A DNA stretch of 49,730 nucleotides from Blastocystis sp. subtype 4 (taxonomy: Eukaryota). Of this stretch, positions 14,493 through 27,076 are shown piece after piece; position 1 is the stretch's first letter, and every line of letters begins with the position of its first letter. Below the pieces are notes generated by a model. It was not told where the DNA came from. It was given only the letters and a program-made list of their open reading frames with translations, and did not search any database. A program made the position numbers and the translations under genes. The stretch is from positions 1 through 49,730 of the forward strand of contig NW_014569506.1 of the NCBI RefSeq assembly GCF_000743755.1, given 5' to 3'.

Positions 14493-14500
14493 TGTTTGTT
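14493..14500 (+). terminator. TGTTTGTT 3'-end motif (ATG3)
   Basis: Exact motif, T14488 plus 4-nt spacer. Confidence 0.85.
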
Positions 14501-14503
14501 GTG

Positions 14504-16003
14504 ATGAATAAGTCTGATCGTGGAATTGTTTTCATTCGTTGAATTTCAGATAAATCAAACGTCATCATTATTGATATTGGAACATATGAGTCTCGATTTG
14601 GTTTTGCTGGAGATGAGTCTTCTCAGGTATTGAAGTATACAGTTGAATTGACTCCAAGTTATCTCTACCTTCAAATATTGTAAATTATCAAAAGCCAAGT
14701 GGGAAACGATCATCGCCAGAATCTCAGACAGCAGTGATTGTTGGAGAATCTAAGCCATGGAGGTTTCATTGGGTAACAGAATATATGTATAGATACAAGG
14801 ATGTGGAAGTAACTCCTCTTGTGAAGGATTTCAATAGTATGGATGCATACAAATCGATCTGAAATATAGTTCGCAGTTGGGAAGGAGTAGAACGGATGAT
14901 CTTTCATGCAATGGAGGATTGGTTATGTGTGAAAACTGATGACAATCCTGTCCTTGTCGTCGAACCACCATTTGCAAAACGGTCGAGACGTGAAAAGTTT
15001 GAATTTGATTTGTTTCCAACTCTAGGTTTGCGGAGTTGTTGTTTGAAAAGTTTAAGGTTCCAGGATTGATGATGTACAAAGATGCTGCTCTTACATGCTT
15101 TTCTCGCGGTCGTACCATGGGTATGGTTGTTGATTTGGGAGAGGAGTTAATCCGGTGTTGTGGTGTAATAGATGGATTCGTATCACGGGAAAATGTGTCA
15201 TTTCAACGGTTTGGAGGTGCTCGTCTCCGTGATCTGTATATTGATAAGTGTCTGGCTCCGTTTCTGGAGAGTCAGAAGGAGGAGAAGGCTCGTTCTATCT
15301 TTCCTAGAGGGATTGTTGGCATACTGAGATCCGATGATAACTAGACTAGTCTGTCTTCGTCAGGAAAAGTACAGTTATTTAACTCCATTGGTCGTGAGAT
15401 GAATGAAAAGCTGTTGAAATGTATGTGTGACATTATCTGTAGATCCAGTGTCTCAGAAAACCCGTATATGCAATCTGATGTTTCAGTAGTACCGCAACAA
15501 TTCACTCTTCCAGATGGACGAACAGTTTGTTTAGTGGGTTCGGATAAGTGATAGCTATCCATAGGAGCAGAACGGAGTACGATTCCAGAATTATTGTTTT
15601 ATCCTACGGCTCTGAATGATCCTTCTCTACAGTCACTACCATTGCTAGTTGCAAATCAGTATGTTAAGATTTCTACTTCTTAGGTAGATTGACGACGAGT
15701 AGCACCGAGACAAATCGTGATATAGCTTCTGCAGTGATGCTTAGTGGAGGAGTTTCTGGAATGAATGGTCTAGCGAAACGGTTAGATCGTGAGTTGAAGG
15801 TGATGTCCAATGGAGTGACCTTCTTATGAAATGATAAATTCTAGGCTGCACGTCTTGCTCCTCTTCCAGAAGGAGAAATCCGAACGGGACCTTATCTTGG
15901 AGCTAGTATCCTTGCTTCGTTGGGTTCGTTCCCTGAATTTATTGTTACAGCTACTGAATATGCCGAATGTGGAACGGAGGCAGTGGAGCGCAAGTGTCCT
16001 TAA
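14504..16003 (+). CDS. ARP4: Actin-related protein 4 (ACTL6/BAF53 type)
   Basis: IIDIGTYESRFGFAGDE, PVLVVEPP, ELLFEKFKVP, GMVVDLG, FTLPDG, GASILASLGSF, C-terminal VERKCP-TAA typical of ARP4. TGTTTGTT 16019-16026. Confidence 0.85.
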
Positions 16004-16157
16004 CTATCCTCGCTTGCTTGTTTGTTTTCAGTTTAACGGTGAAATCTAATATTGTATCAGATTTAATATCACAATGAAACACCAATTGGATCGTTATTGA
16101 GGGTCTTACGTCATCACTTTTGAGTCTTGCTTCACTAATATTTCCATTGATTTGAAG

Positions 16158-17012
16158 ATGGCAAAAGAAGGTCTTTCTGTTTCAAAACGTAATATCTTCA
16201 GTAGTTCTCTAAACGGCTAGTTTACTTGATCTGTTACAATACCGTTTGTATGTGTGGTTGGATGTATCTATGGTTCCTTCAGTATAAATACTATACGTCC
16301 CCGTATGTTTTCAGCATTGACTTGACAAGTAGGGCGATGGATTTCTGGAAGACTATTGAGATGCCTCTGAAATATGTCCAGACTATGGCCATTTTGGAGA
16401 TTATTCATTCCATGCTTAGAATTGTCCGTTCTCCTGTCTTAACTACAACTCTTCAAGGTGATTTTTGACTATTTATACTGATTATAGTATTTTCTCGTAT
16501 TATGATTCTTTGGGGATATGCAAATATCAGTGAAGCTGCTCAACAGTCTTTTGGCATCAAGTTAATGGTTTTAAGGTGTTATTTATTCGTTCATGTGATG
16601 ACTAGTTGGTCTCTAGTGGAGGTTCCTCGGTATCTCTTCTACATCGTCAAGACATTGAATATTCCGATGCCCACATGGCTTCTTTTCCTCCGATACAACC
16701 TCTTCTACATTTTGTATCCTACTGGTATCACCGGTGAGATCCTTGTGATTCTTGCGAGTCTTCCGTTCGTCAAGTCGAGTCATATCTTCTCTATGTCACT
16801 TCCAAACCCTTGGAACTTTGCTTTTAACTATTATGGAGTCTCGCTCTTCTGGTTGTTCCTTTATGTCCCTCGTTTGTTCTTTCTCTTCGTTTGATGCATA
16901 GTTGGCCCCTATATGATCAAGAATATGATGTACCAAAGAAAGAAATATGTATAAGTAGTAAATTACTTTGATAGTGTAGTGGGTGGATGCACGCAAGACA
17001 AAGAATGAATAA
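16158..17012 (+). CDS. HACD: Very-long-chain 3-hydroxyacyl-CoA dehydratase (PTPLA/PHS1 family)
   Basis: QTMAILEIIHS..IVRSPVLTT, SWSLVEVPRYLFY, LRYNLFYILYPTGITGE, C-terminal KTKNE ER-retrieval motif. TGTTTGTT 17036-17043. Confidence 0.9.
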
Positions 17013-17165
17013 GCTGTTTCTTTTATTGATTGGATTGTTTGTTGTGAATCTGTTCTGATTATAAAATTCCCGTTATTCCCGTCTTCATTCCTAACCAGTA
17101 AGAGTCATATTATTGTTAAGAGAATAAGGTACAAACTCCAATTTGTAGTGAAGTGTAGTTTGAAG

Positions 17166-18374
17166 ATGTCTGACCATGAAAACGAGAGTTATTCGGAGGA
17201 GGAAGAGATTACCGACCTTTCTAACCCTGCTGTGGTGTTGAAATACAAGACAGCTGCTGACATCGTGAATAAGGCACTTCAGGGAGTTCTTTCTCAGTGT
17301 GTTGCTGGAAAGCTGGTTTCGGATATCTGCGCATTTGGAGATCTTCTTATTGAGAAGCAGTGTGCCGAGATTTTCAAGAACAAGGATATTGAGAAGGGAA
17401 TCGCTTTCCCTACCTGCATTTCGGTTAATGACATTGTTTGCAACTATTCTCCTTTTGCTAGCGACTCGAAGACATTGGAGGCTGGTGATGTGGTGAAAGT
17501 AGATCTTGGTTGTCACATTGATGGTTACATTGCCCTTGCTGCCAATACTGTCGTGATTCCTTCCGAGTCGATGGATGAGGCTAAGAAGACCGAGATTGTT
17601 GGTTAGGAATGAAAGAATTACATGTAGAATGACTTGATGGCTGCTGCCTATCTCATGGGTGAGGTGTGTCAGCGTATGATTAAGCCTGGCAATAAGAATA
17701 CCCAAGTGACAGAGGCTTTGAACAAGATCTGCAAGGCCTATGATGTAAACATGTTGCAGGGTATTCTGATGCATCAAATGAAACGTTTTGTGATTGATGG
17801 TAACAAGGTGATCCTCACTTGCAACCATGAGACCGATCGTGTGGATGAATGTACCTTTGAGCCAAACGAGGTGTATCAGGTGGATATTGCCTTGACTAAA
17901 GGAGATGGTAAGACACGTGCTGTAGGTACACGTACTACTGTGTTCCGTCGTAATGTGGAGGAGACTTATCTGTTGAAGATGAAAGCTGCTCGTTCGGTGA
18001 TTTCGGAGATCGATACTCGTTTCCCGGTGTTCCCCTTCTCAAGCAGGTATGTTCTGAGGAAGGATGTGAGGAATAGAGCTCTGGATGACAAGACTGCTCG
18101 TATGGGTATCATGGAGTGTGTGAATCACAATCTGTTGGAGGAGTATCCTGTGATCTATACCCGTGATGGTTCTGTAGCGGTTCACTACAAGTTTACGGTG
18201 TTGCTGGTACCCAATGGAACAGATCGCATTACTGGTAATGTGATTGATATGGCTGCTTATCCTTCGGAGAAGAAGTGTGAGGACGAGGAGATTCTCAATG
18301 TGATGAAGTATGCTGCAATTCGTAAGAGTCGAAAGAGCAAGAAGAATGCAAAGGGCTACACAGGCTTAATGTGA
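17166..18374 (+). CDS. PA2G4: Proliferation-associated protein 2G4 / EBP1 (inactive MetAP fold)
   Basis: VVLKYKTAADIVN, KGIAFPTCISVN, DVVKVDLGCHIDGYIA, HQMKRFVIDGNKVI, YLLKMKAAR, Lys-rich tail. Confidence 0.92.
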
Positions 18375-18387
18375 GTTCGTTTATGTA

Positions 18388-18675
18388 CTATGTTTGGATT
18401 GGGACACATATTCCTTTGATAATAATATACAATAGATTCCTCGGAGAGGAATACTGGAACCATGTTCTGGGAATTGTATAGAAATCAATTTTTACAATAC
18501 CTGATATGTTAAGAGTTTTTCGACCAATATGAACAGATAGACTCCTTCCTCTACGATATCTATATTCCCTAATGAGACCAAATAATGGATTATCGATTTT
18601 TAAGAATCTGATTGGTCGGAAATTGTATTCCTCATTTAATGATACATCATACGAATAGTAATAACGAGTTAGCAT
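18388..18675 (-). CDS. Possible small orphan ORF
   Basis: 95-codon ORF in an AT-rich spacer with a candidate 34-nt GT-AG intron. No recognisable motif. Confidence 0.2.
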   Translation of the reverse strand: MLTRYYYSYDVSLNEEYNFRPIRFLKIDNPLFGLIREYRYRRGRSLSVHIGRKTLNISGIVKIDFYTIPRTWFQYSSPRNLLYIIIKGICVPIQT

Positions 18676-19151
18676 TTGTATATAATATTATTGATAACAA
18701 TTATGTAGCATTGGTTCGAAAGTGACATATCAGCGATTTCGTGAAATGATTGGTTTTGACTGCAGTACATACAGATAACTGATAATGACAATTATGATAT
18801 TTCAAGGGTTTTAGGATACATCTTAGAACTACATACATTGCACTTTTCGTATAACTGATAATAATGTGACAGTAATAATAAGAATGATCGTTGTTATTCA
18901 TTAGTACACAGAGTTGTGTTTGTACAAAGTCTTTGAAAATAGTATATGCAATACAATACAACACACACTGTTCAACCATCTAGGTGATCATTTGGGGTCT
19001 AACCAATAATCCTATACCTCTTCAACGATACTTCCATTCTTACTCATCCATAGTAATACAGTAGTCAAATATCCATAGAATTAGATATCAAACAAACAGA
19101 AGCAAAGAAAAGATACTCAACTACGAGGAACAGTAACTTTATCTGATCCCA

Positions 19152-19901
19152 TCATTTCATAGAATATAAAATAGAATACTTCGTGACTGAGCTACTGGAG
19201 TCACACTTCACAAGCGGATGAAAAAGACAACGAGCTAGAAACACGCTCTTTGGATTACTGTCGTTGTTAAAGTTAACAACATGTATCCAATTTGCTACAG
19301 GAACTACTGAGTTGTAGTGATGGCCGTGAGAAACACACCGGTCATCTCGTTTTACTAGAGGACTTGGATTAAATACAGATTGATTACCACTCTGCTGTAT
19401 CTTCTTTGCAAGTGGTAATTCCTCTTTCTTCTTCTTGTGCTTTGGTGAATATGAATCATAAACCGTATCACTAAAACAAGATTGCTCTTGCTTTTTTATA
19501 ATGCGGCGTGCTAATAATCAGCGTTATTGACATTCTCTTACCTCGAGATCGCTTTTCCTGAATAGCCCTACAAGCATCACATATTATACATATATAAGCT
19601 TGGTTTTTGCTGATAAAGGCACTTATCTGCTTTCGACGTCCACACTGCTTACAGACCTTGGAATTAGTTGACTTTGTAATGTCAACACTTCCAGAGAGTG
19701 GGATCATTCTGTATTTCTAAAACAGGATACTGGTCATCATTCACCATTTGTTTAGATTTGCATAATCTGATTGGCTAGGAATAGTGTTTCTCTTCTTCGT
19801 TCACATCTTCTCCAAGTACTTTCCATACCTATGAAGTATACATAGATCGTAACAATTTGTTGGTCCCATCTGGATAGATCTAAAAATGGATTGATGTCCA
19901 T
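19152..19901 (-). CDS. Cys-finger protein, paralog A of an unrecognised family
   Basis: SKVCKQCGRRKQISAFISKNQAYICIICDACRAIQEKR, a 31-nt intron at 19541-19511, then an open exon to TGA 19154-19152 containing PVANWIHVVNFNNDSNPKSVFLARCLFHP. TGTTTGTT on - strand at 19098-19091. 5' exons less certain. Confidence 0.75.
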
Positions 19902-20624
19902 CACGAGTTCACTTTCAATTCTGCTCTATTCTCCTATACATGTGTTCTCTAGAGTCTAAATGAGAAATCCATGATTATCATAATTTGATTCCATATGTCC
20001 AACTGTCTCATCAGATATAGTTCATTCTACTGTATTTATTAACTATGTGCAATTTCGTAATTCTTAATAGATGAATAGTCCATCTAACGTCTTTCAACCA
20101 TATGAATGTTATTAAACGCAATAGTTTATCCTATGAATGGTATGAAGTAGCGAAACAGAGATGAATAAGAATGTTTGTATCGAATCTTTGCGTAGATGAG
20201 ATACATGAACTAGTATTATAGAATAGTCACTATCTGTAAAGGTTTGAAAGGATTTCAGAGATTATTGAATCTTGTGACATGATAACAATGTTTTATATAT
20301 CTTAAATCTGATTGGATAATATCATTCTTTGTGGAACCATACTTCAGAGTTACTAAGCGAATCATAAGTGTGTTTATCATATATAAAGTTGATCCGTTGC
20401 AGGACCATTATTCAAAGATGGAAGAAATGAGCAATGGCAATACTGGACCACATCTTATGGTGTCAGGAATATCAGTATTGTTTAACTAATGATAGGAATT
20501 ATTAGAGGTATGATTGCTGATTCATCTAGTAATCAACACTTCTATCGCCTTTTTGATATATTTATTATTCCATTAACGAATCAATTTGGACCCGCCTTAT
20601 ATTTCAATCACAATTGTCTTTAAG

Positions 20625-21132
20625 ATGAATAAGCCTGATCCGTCATTAGCTGTCCGAATGGACTATGGGATGAGAAAGTAAGAAATGGCATTGCCATAGG
20701 CAATTGATTCGTGTTAACGATTAGAGTCACCCAGATAACAGAAACGAAAATTAGCAATGCCTGCAAATATATTATCGAGACAGAAGACCATACACTTGGT
20801 AATATTTTAAGAATGTTGGGTTGGAGAGTATCTTTTCATTTCCAGGGATATGATAGATGATCCGAAAGTTACCTTTGTCGGATACCGTGTTCCTCACCCT
20901 TTAGCTACAAATATTGAAATGAGAGTGAGCATTTAACTTGTTTGGTCATTCTAGGTACAAACATCTGATCCAGCATATCCTCCAGGTAAAGCATTAATGG
21001 AAAGTTGCAGTCGTATTATCAGCTTGTGCAAGGAGTTGAATGAAGATGTGTTAGTCGGACCCTTTATTCTAAATTTATGGATAGAATTATGAACAGAAGA
21101 GATCGAAAGAACTCGAAGACCATGTATTCTAA
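20625..21132 (+). CDS. RPB11: RNA polymerase II subunit RPB11 (absent from ORF track)
   Basis: Spliced product MNKPDPS...ETKISNACKYIIETEDHTLGNILRM...VTFVGYRVPHPL..IEMRVQT; four introns; TAA 21130-21132. Confidence 0.9.
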
Positions 21133-21178
21133 GGTTGTTTTCTCTCAAACAAGCTGCTAAAGGATTATTGTACAAATA

Positions 21179-24100
21179 TTACACCAATAATGGGAGCATC
21201 TTCTCTGGAAGCTGTTTGGTATGAAGATGCGATCTCTCCGCCTCTTTTTTTACTTTCTCACTGTTACTCGTACTCAGCAGCACAGAAATATAAACAACAG
21301 CTCCAATCAGACAAGCAGCCGCCAAAAAAGCAACCATCACAATCAACTCTTCATTGTTGTTTACCACCACCAGAGTGAAGGTTGTAGACTGAAATCCACC
21401 AATATTCTTAGCTATGACAGTCACATTCACCCGTAAATCATCTCCATTATATACACCTACAAATGTTCCTGTATCGTTATCAAAGAACAAGCCCTGGGGA
21501 ATAATCGAGGTCTCAAATACGATTTCTGCACCTACAACAGACGGAGTTAATTCAATTATATCCCGTCGTGTCACATAGAACACTGAAGCCTTATACTTAA
21601 AAGCAATCGGAGCTTTTGGAACACAATTATCGATCGTCTGTGACCATGTCCCATTTTCGCAGAAACGTAAATATCTTCCAATGTATAAATCGGAGCACCC
21701 CATATTCTTCCACTCACCACTCGGAGTTCGATTCGCAGTGTCATCCTCACAGAACCCATCCAAGCGATTTGAATAGAATTCAATCTCAGCAATCTCCAAC
21801 TGATTTTTATGCTCACAATCAGCAAAATGAAGACGGAACAAACTGAACGATTGCTCATTGAAGAGACGGAAACAAGCATACTGACCATAAGCTACACGCT
21901 GGAAATCCACCTCTGTTGAGTATAAGGATGTCCAAGTTGTATTTACTGTCTGTACACCTCCATCTAATGCCAACGTATGAGGATACTCGCCTGCAGTATT
22001 GGCAGTGAAGAGACACAACTCAGTCACATAATGATACTCACGATGTTCCATATCCAATATCACCTCAATATCTTCACAACTGTCATTAATGACCATCTTA
22101 TTGTAGTACTTTCCATCAATCAGTTGTTCGGGATTATTCACTGAACTATCTGGCTTGTTCACTGTGATCTTACCATGAATGTTACACATTGATCCATCTC
22201 GCAAGAGGCGAACACCCATCTGAAACGTACTTATAGACTGAACTGTGGTATCATGCAATTCGGCAGCAATCACAATCACATCCTTGGTGAAGGGATTAAA
22301 CTGAATACTCACAGAAGCAGTGACAATTGATGGCTCAGGGAACGAGGAGAGAGGCAGAGTATCCTTCGTTACACGCCCTTCAGGCATCTGATGGCGTAGT
22401 ACCTCTTCTCCATTCACATATACGATCGCTCCTCCTCGAACTCGTATCTCAATCACATAAGCACTATACTTCTGAAGAGACGAAAGAATGGAACTCACAT
22501 CCATTACAGTTTTGAAATATTGAGCTCGTCCTAGTGGTTCAGGAAACGATCCAGGAGTGGTTACTTCCCATTCTTCATGAACAGGATCAATACTTGCGTA
22601 CCATCGTGAAGGAGGTTCTGTGTTATCCAGTTGATAGTACCAGAGGGTGGATAACGGTGGGAGAAGAGAGCCAGCAAAGAAGTTAACAACATGGTTCGAG
22701 AATCCTGCATTGAAAAAGCCTGTGTGCAAGAGTACACCATCAGAGAAAATGGAGAAGGTGGCCCGAAGGAAGCCAGCATTACTCTTATCGGTAAACCGAA
22801 GCGTATAGTCTTCAGATCGCAAGCAATAAGTAAAAACAGTCGGAATCGGTGAAGTGGAAGGAGGGATGAACTCTGAAGCCACCACATTCTGGTCAGCATT
22901 GACAATAACAAACGAGAGAAAGAAGGAAAGGTCTTCCAAACCATTCAATTGAATTGTCACTAAAGAGAAAGGGTTCTCACACGACTTAGACACAAGAGTC
23001 AATGTAGTCTTGGCCTTCCCTTGATAGCTCTCTGCACCGATCTCCACAACTACCGAGTCAAATGGCTCAGATACTTTCCCCCAGATATCACCATCTGCTG
23101 AGTCAAGGTATAACCCATTGGGAAGAGGAGACAATAAGACAAAGTTGGTGTAGAGAGGAGAAGGAAGACCCAGTGCTGGGAACATCACATCTGTGACCAC
23201 ATCGACCGTTGGAGTTCCATATGAAAGTGGTGGAAGAGGAGACTGGGTGAAGGAAAAGGTGAGAATGGAGAGTTCACTCAGCTGAACAGCACTTTGAGTA
23301 ACCTCTCCTGTGAAAACAATTTCTATCCCTGAAGCCACATATCCGAGTGATGGGAGGAATAGCGGAAAGCATCTTCGTTGACCCCGTGATGAGAAACGAG
23401 TTCGAGTCACAGTTGCTACACTTGTCCATCGCCAGTCCAGACTTCGGATTCGTACTTGCCACTGCTCAGGATCAAAGAGAGCCGAGGCAGAACTACTAGT
23501 GAGGCAGTAGCCTCGAATCATCTGACTCATGATGGGAGAAAAGGAGGCTCGGACAGAGACTTCACCACTTGCATACTCACCTTTCCAATCAGAATTCACA
23601 TTCCCATCCATCAAGGAAGAGACAGAATACCCCCAACAAGTATGAGAAGCAGTGAGTTCTTTCTCTCCTGGAGTCCAGTAAGGAGATGAGGTGAAGATAG
23701 GTTGAACAACAATCACGAGAGGAACGAAATGTTTATCCCAAATTTGGCGAGATATGCGAACAGCAAGAGTATTTATTCCTTCAACCAACATATCAGCTGC
23801 TACTCGCATAGAATGGGTGACTTCCATATATTCAATGGATACTTCACCAAAACCGTTTCCATTCACATAGATACTGAAACGTAATGCATTTGTAACCACA
23901 ATTTCAACAGCTTCAAGCTGCGATAGATCTGATACCACAAATTGACCTCGGATCCGATAGGCAGCATAAAGACTAGAGAGTGGGAGGAAATCCCACCACG
24001 AATCATCATATCCTGGTTCTGTCCAAGAAGGAGGCACACGGTCATCTGAAGCTCTCCACCAAGCATCTCGATCCATAAGATACGACAAGGAAATAGTCTG

Positions 24101-26107
24101 TGCTGAGCAATCACTTAGTCCTGTACCTGTACTCCACTCCTCTGAACATCCCTTATAACTTTGTGAGAAGAGAGGAAGAGCAAACGATCCATCATTGTAG
24201 GAAGTTGAAACCCTTGCTCGCATAGTAACATGACCTCCATATTGATTGGTCTTGCGATCCACCACTCGCTGCTGAAAGGTATAGATTTCAGGAGCTAAAC
24301 AGAAGTGTCGCGTCTTGGTTACAGTGTATTCTCCACATTCCTGACCATGATCTGATGCGATCACCTTTTGTTGACTATCCAGAAGTTGCCACTCTTCAGA
24401 GGCACTCATCTGATATGACACCCATTCGATATCCAGAATTCGATTGGGATAAGCACATTCTATCAATTATACTCTCATTTTATTCCCACTTGAAACTTGT
24501 ATCGTCAGTATAGTACTCGCATCCTCACCTGTAATTCTATGCTTTGCTGTGATTGTATACTCTGTCTCGGTTGTCTCCATGGCACGACCCCACAATAAGC
24601 CAGATGTCGAATCAAGCTTCAATCCATGGGGTAAATCAGGGTCAATAGAAAACTCTGTATATCCCGACGAAGGTTCCAGAAATACATCATCCAGATTCAC
24701 ATAGATAGAGAGAAGAGAAGAAGAATATTCGAGAGTTGTAGAAGGATTCTCAGCTCGTGAGACAAAGGCGATTTCATTAACCCATAACTCAGAATTGGTA
24801 TCAGAAGCACGCAAGTCAATAGCATAGCGTTGATATGACTTCTGTAGAGTATTCATTGAATACTCTCGCATCGTGATAGGACCATCCCAACTCACATTAT
24901 TCCGCTCATCAAGAATATCACAAGACCAGAGATCATTCTCTCCTTTGATACATCCCTTAACGATCCATGAAGTAGGGTAGTTATTGGGATAGGTTCCACA
25001 AGTGATCTGGTATGCATTTACATATTCATAATGATAAGCATTAAACGTCATGGTAAAATCTGCATAGCGTCCTTTCACTCTCCAATATGTAAGTCGATTA
25101 CTATCCGTTGCAAAGGAGAGTGGATTACTAAAGAAGTCCTTCCAATGCCGTGAAGTGATACAACATTCAATAGTACGAGAACTTCCATCAGGAATAAGAT
25201 AGACTGTGAGATCAAATTCATCTGGTATCATTTCGGTTATAAGACTTGTTGATACAACAGCAAGAGTGAGTGAAACTGTTGGATCTGAACAAGAAGGTAA
25301 CACATGAGTACGAGAAATACTGTAGAGAAAGAATCCATTGGATTCAGTTGAAGGAACATAAGTATTACTAGAAGTCAATTCTAACCATAGAAACTACAGT
25401 GATTTATAAACTTGATTACCATTTAGATAGAGGGAAGAGTAATTCTGGCCATGGAGGGCAAACATGATAGTACTAGAGTGCTGGAGCGCTTCACACGATA
25501 GATTGGTTTGGAGACGATAATACCGATTATCCACAAAAGGAGGAAAATTCCCATATAACTCTCTTTGCCAGTCTGAATCATTGTATGATGGCAAGTACCA
25601 AGAATCTTCCAGAAGCCCATCATGAAAGAGCCATGTACTCTTCGAAGGTACCACTATGGATGCTAGGGGTGAGAAAAGAAAGCTGACTGCTTACGAAAAA
25701 AGCTAAACTCACGCTCACCAGCAGAGTCACAAGTTCCACGAAAGATCTCAAACGACTCGATCATCGAAACAATAAAAAACGAACCATCCGACCAGCTGGC
25801 CCTCAGACTATCGATAAACACACTCATTATTCACAAACCCATCTCGAGCAACAATGGTATAAAGAGAAGACTTTAAACATATTTGATTTGAAGAGACAGT
25901 GTTATCTTTTCCATATCCATTGAAATCATATTTGCGAATACCTGTCTTCGCTTCATATACAGTCACTGATTGCGATGCTACATTATCGCTGTAAACAATT
26001 GTAAGCCAGTAAGGAAACTCATCAGGATCACATGTTAAGACTGTCACTAGCACTAAGAACATGCACCGAATCCTACAAAATAGAAATAAAAGGGTGAAAC
26101 ACTTCAT
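21179..26107 (-). CDS. Large type-I membrane surface protein with galactose-binding/discoidin-like, putative-Ig (He_PIG-like) and HRM-like modules
   Basis: Signal-like MKCFTLLFLFLTVLTC. Repeats LPHGLKLDSTSGLLWG, LPNGLYLDSADGDIWG, IPQGLFFDNDTGTFVG. WxxPxYDDSxW motifs, F5/8-like segments, Cys module C..RTPSGEW...C..G...RFC.NG.W...C, TM LIVMVAFLAAACLIGAVVYISVLL, short tail. Confidence 0.8.
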
Positions 26108-26308
26108 GTACAACAAGCTTTGCAAATCCAATTTGACCAAAGATTGTTTTTGACACTGTGAGAATGAACAAAACACAAAAGGGCGTTTCTCTGTCACCAT
26201 CGAAATAGCCAAGATATATGTCACAATTATAACGCCATAAAGAAATCGTCTGCAATCCGAATGTATAGTCTAACAAACAATGATGGGAAATGAAATTACC
26301 TAACAGTT

Positions 26309-26898
26309 CTATCCTCGCTCTTCAACATCGGAAAAACCAGTCCAGACAGGACTCAAGTCTGTTTGAACCTTTCTATCTGGACTGTTCAATATCTGGCAAT
26401 TTCGTTGATTCATCCACTGATGACTTGATGGATGATACAACAACTTAGCTACGTAAACTTGATCAGAAATACAGTCTGAACAGAATTGCTTAACGGCAAT
26501 CCATCTCGCGCATGGAAAGGGAAGGGAATCAGTAAATGACGGTACGGGTTTCAATCCAGCAGATAGGTTTGAACTAAAAGACATAACACTGGAAGGAACC
26601 AAAGGAAGATAGTTTGTAGGAAGGGGTCGCTGAACCCCAGAACACTGTAGTGTCTGGTAGCATCGACCCACTCCAGCTCTTTGCATCCGCAGCTTCTTTT
26701 CTACATATAATAGATTACGGAAAACTAAATACCATAGTACCTTTTCATTTGGTTTTCTCTACATACACTGCAAATAATACAAATTCCTTCGTTATTTTTG
26801 CTTAGAAATGCTCGAAGCGGTTTGGTTCGGTGACACTGTCTACAGACCTTGGACCTACATCCTGACATAGACAGCATCTTTTCTGTCACAGTTCTCAT
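26309..26898 (-). CDS. Cys-finger protein, paralog B of an unrecognised family
   Basis: ATG 26898; SKVCRQCHRTKPLRAFLSKNNEGICIICSVCRENQMKR; 32-nt intron 26732-26701; PCARWIAVKQFCSDCISDQVYVAKLLYHP; TAG 26311-26309; TGTTTGTT 26279-26272. Confidence 0.8.
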
Positions 26899-27076
26899 TT
26901 TAAAAAAGAATAATTAGAGTAAACTTCACAAACCGTTGAATTCTCCAGTTTAGAGTTTTCTATTGGACAATCATCTAGGCGGTGTCTCTCTATTCGTAGG
27001 TGCTATTCTTGATTATAAACTAACGTAAACAGTATAAAGAATTGAGAAATCAACTTGATAGAAGAAACACAAATAA

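Noticed and set aside
17091..17828. Long antisense ORFs (17091-17828, 28950-29618, 36650-36997, 43658-44233 and others)
   Set aside because: They are shadows of well-supported genes on the opposite strand and show no motifs of their own.
19183..19419. Run of hairpins, reiterated short motifs (CTACTG, AGAAACAC, TTGGATTA) and a possible pseudoknot suggesting a + strand ncRNA
   Set aside because: The minus strand is an open exon whose peptide motif is conserved in the paralog at 26309-26686. No snRNA, snoRNA, MRP or SRP signature was found. The short stems may be chance.
19700..19901. Premature TAG in the 5' part of Cys-finger paralog A (pseudogene)
   Set aside because: The TAG is the 3' end of a plausible 30-nt GT-AG intron, and an intact spliced model exists.
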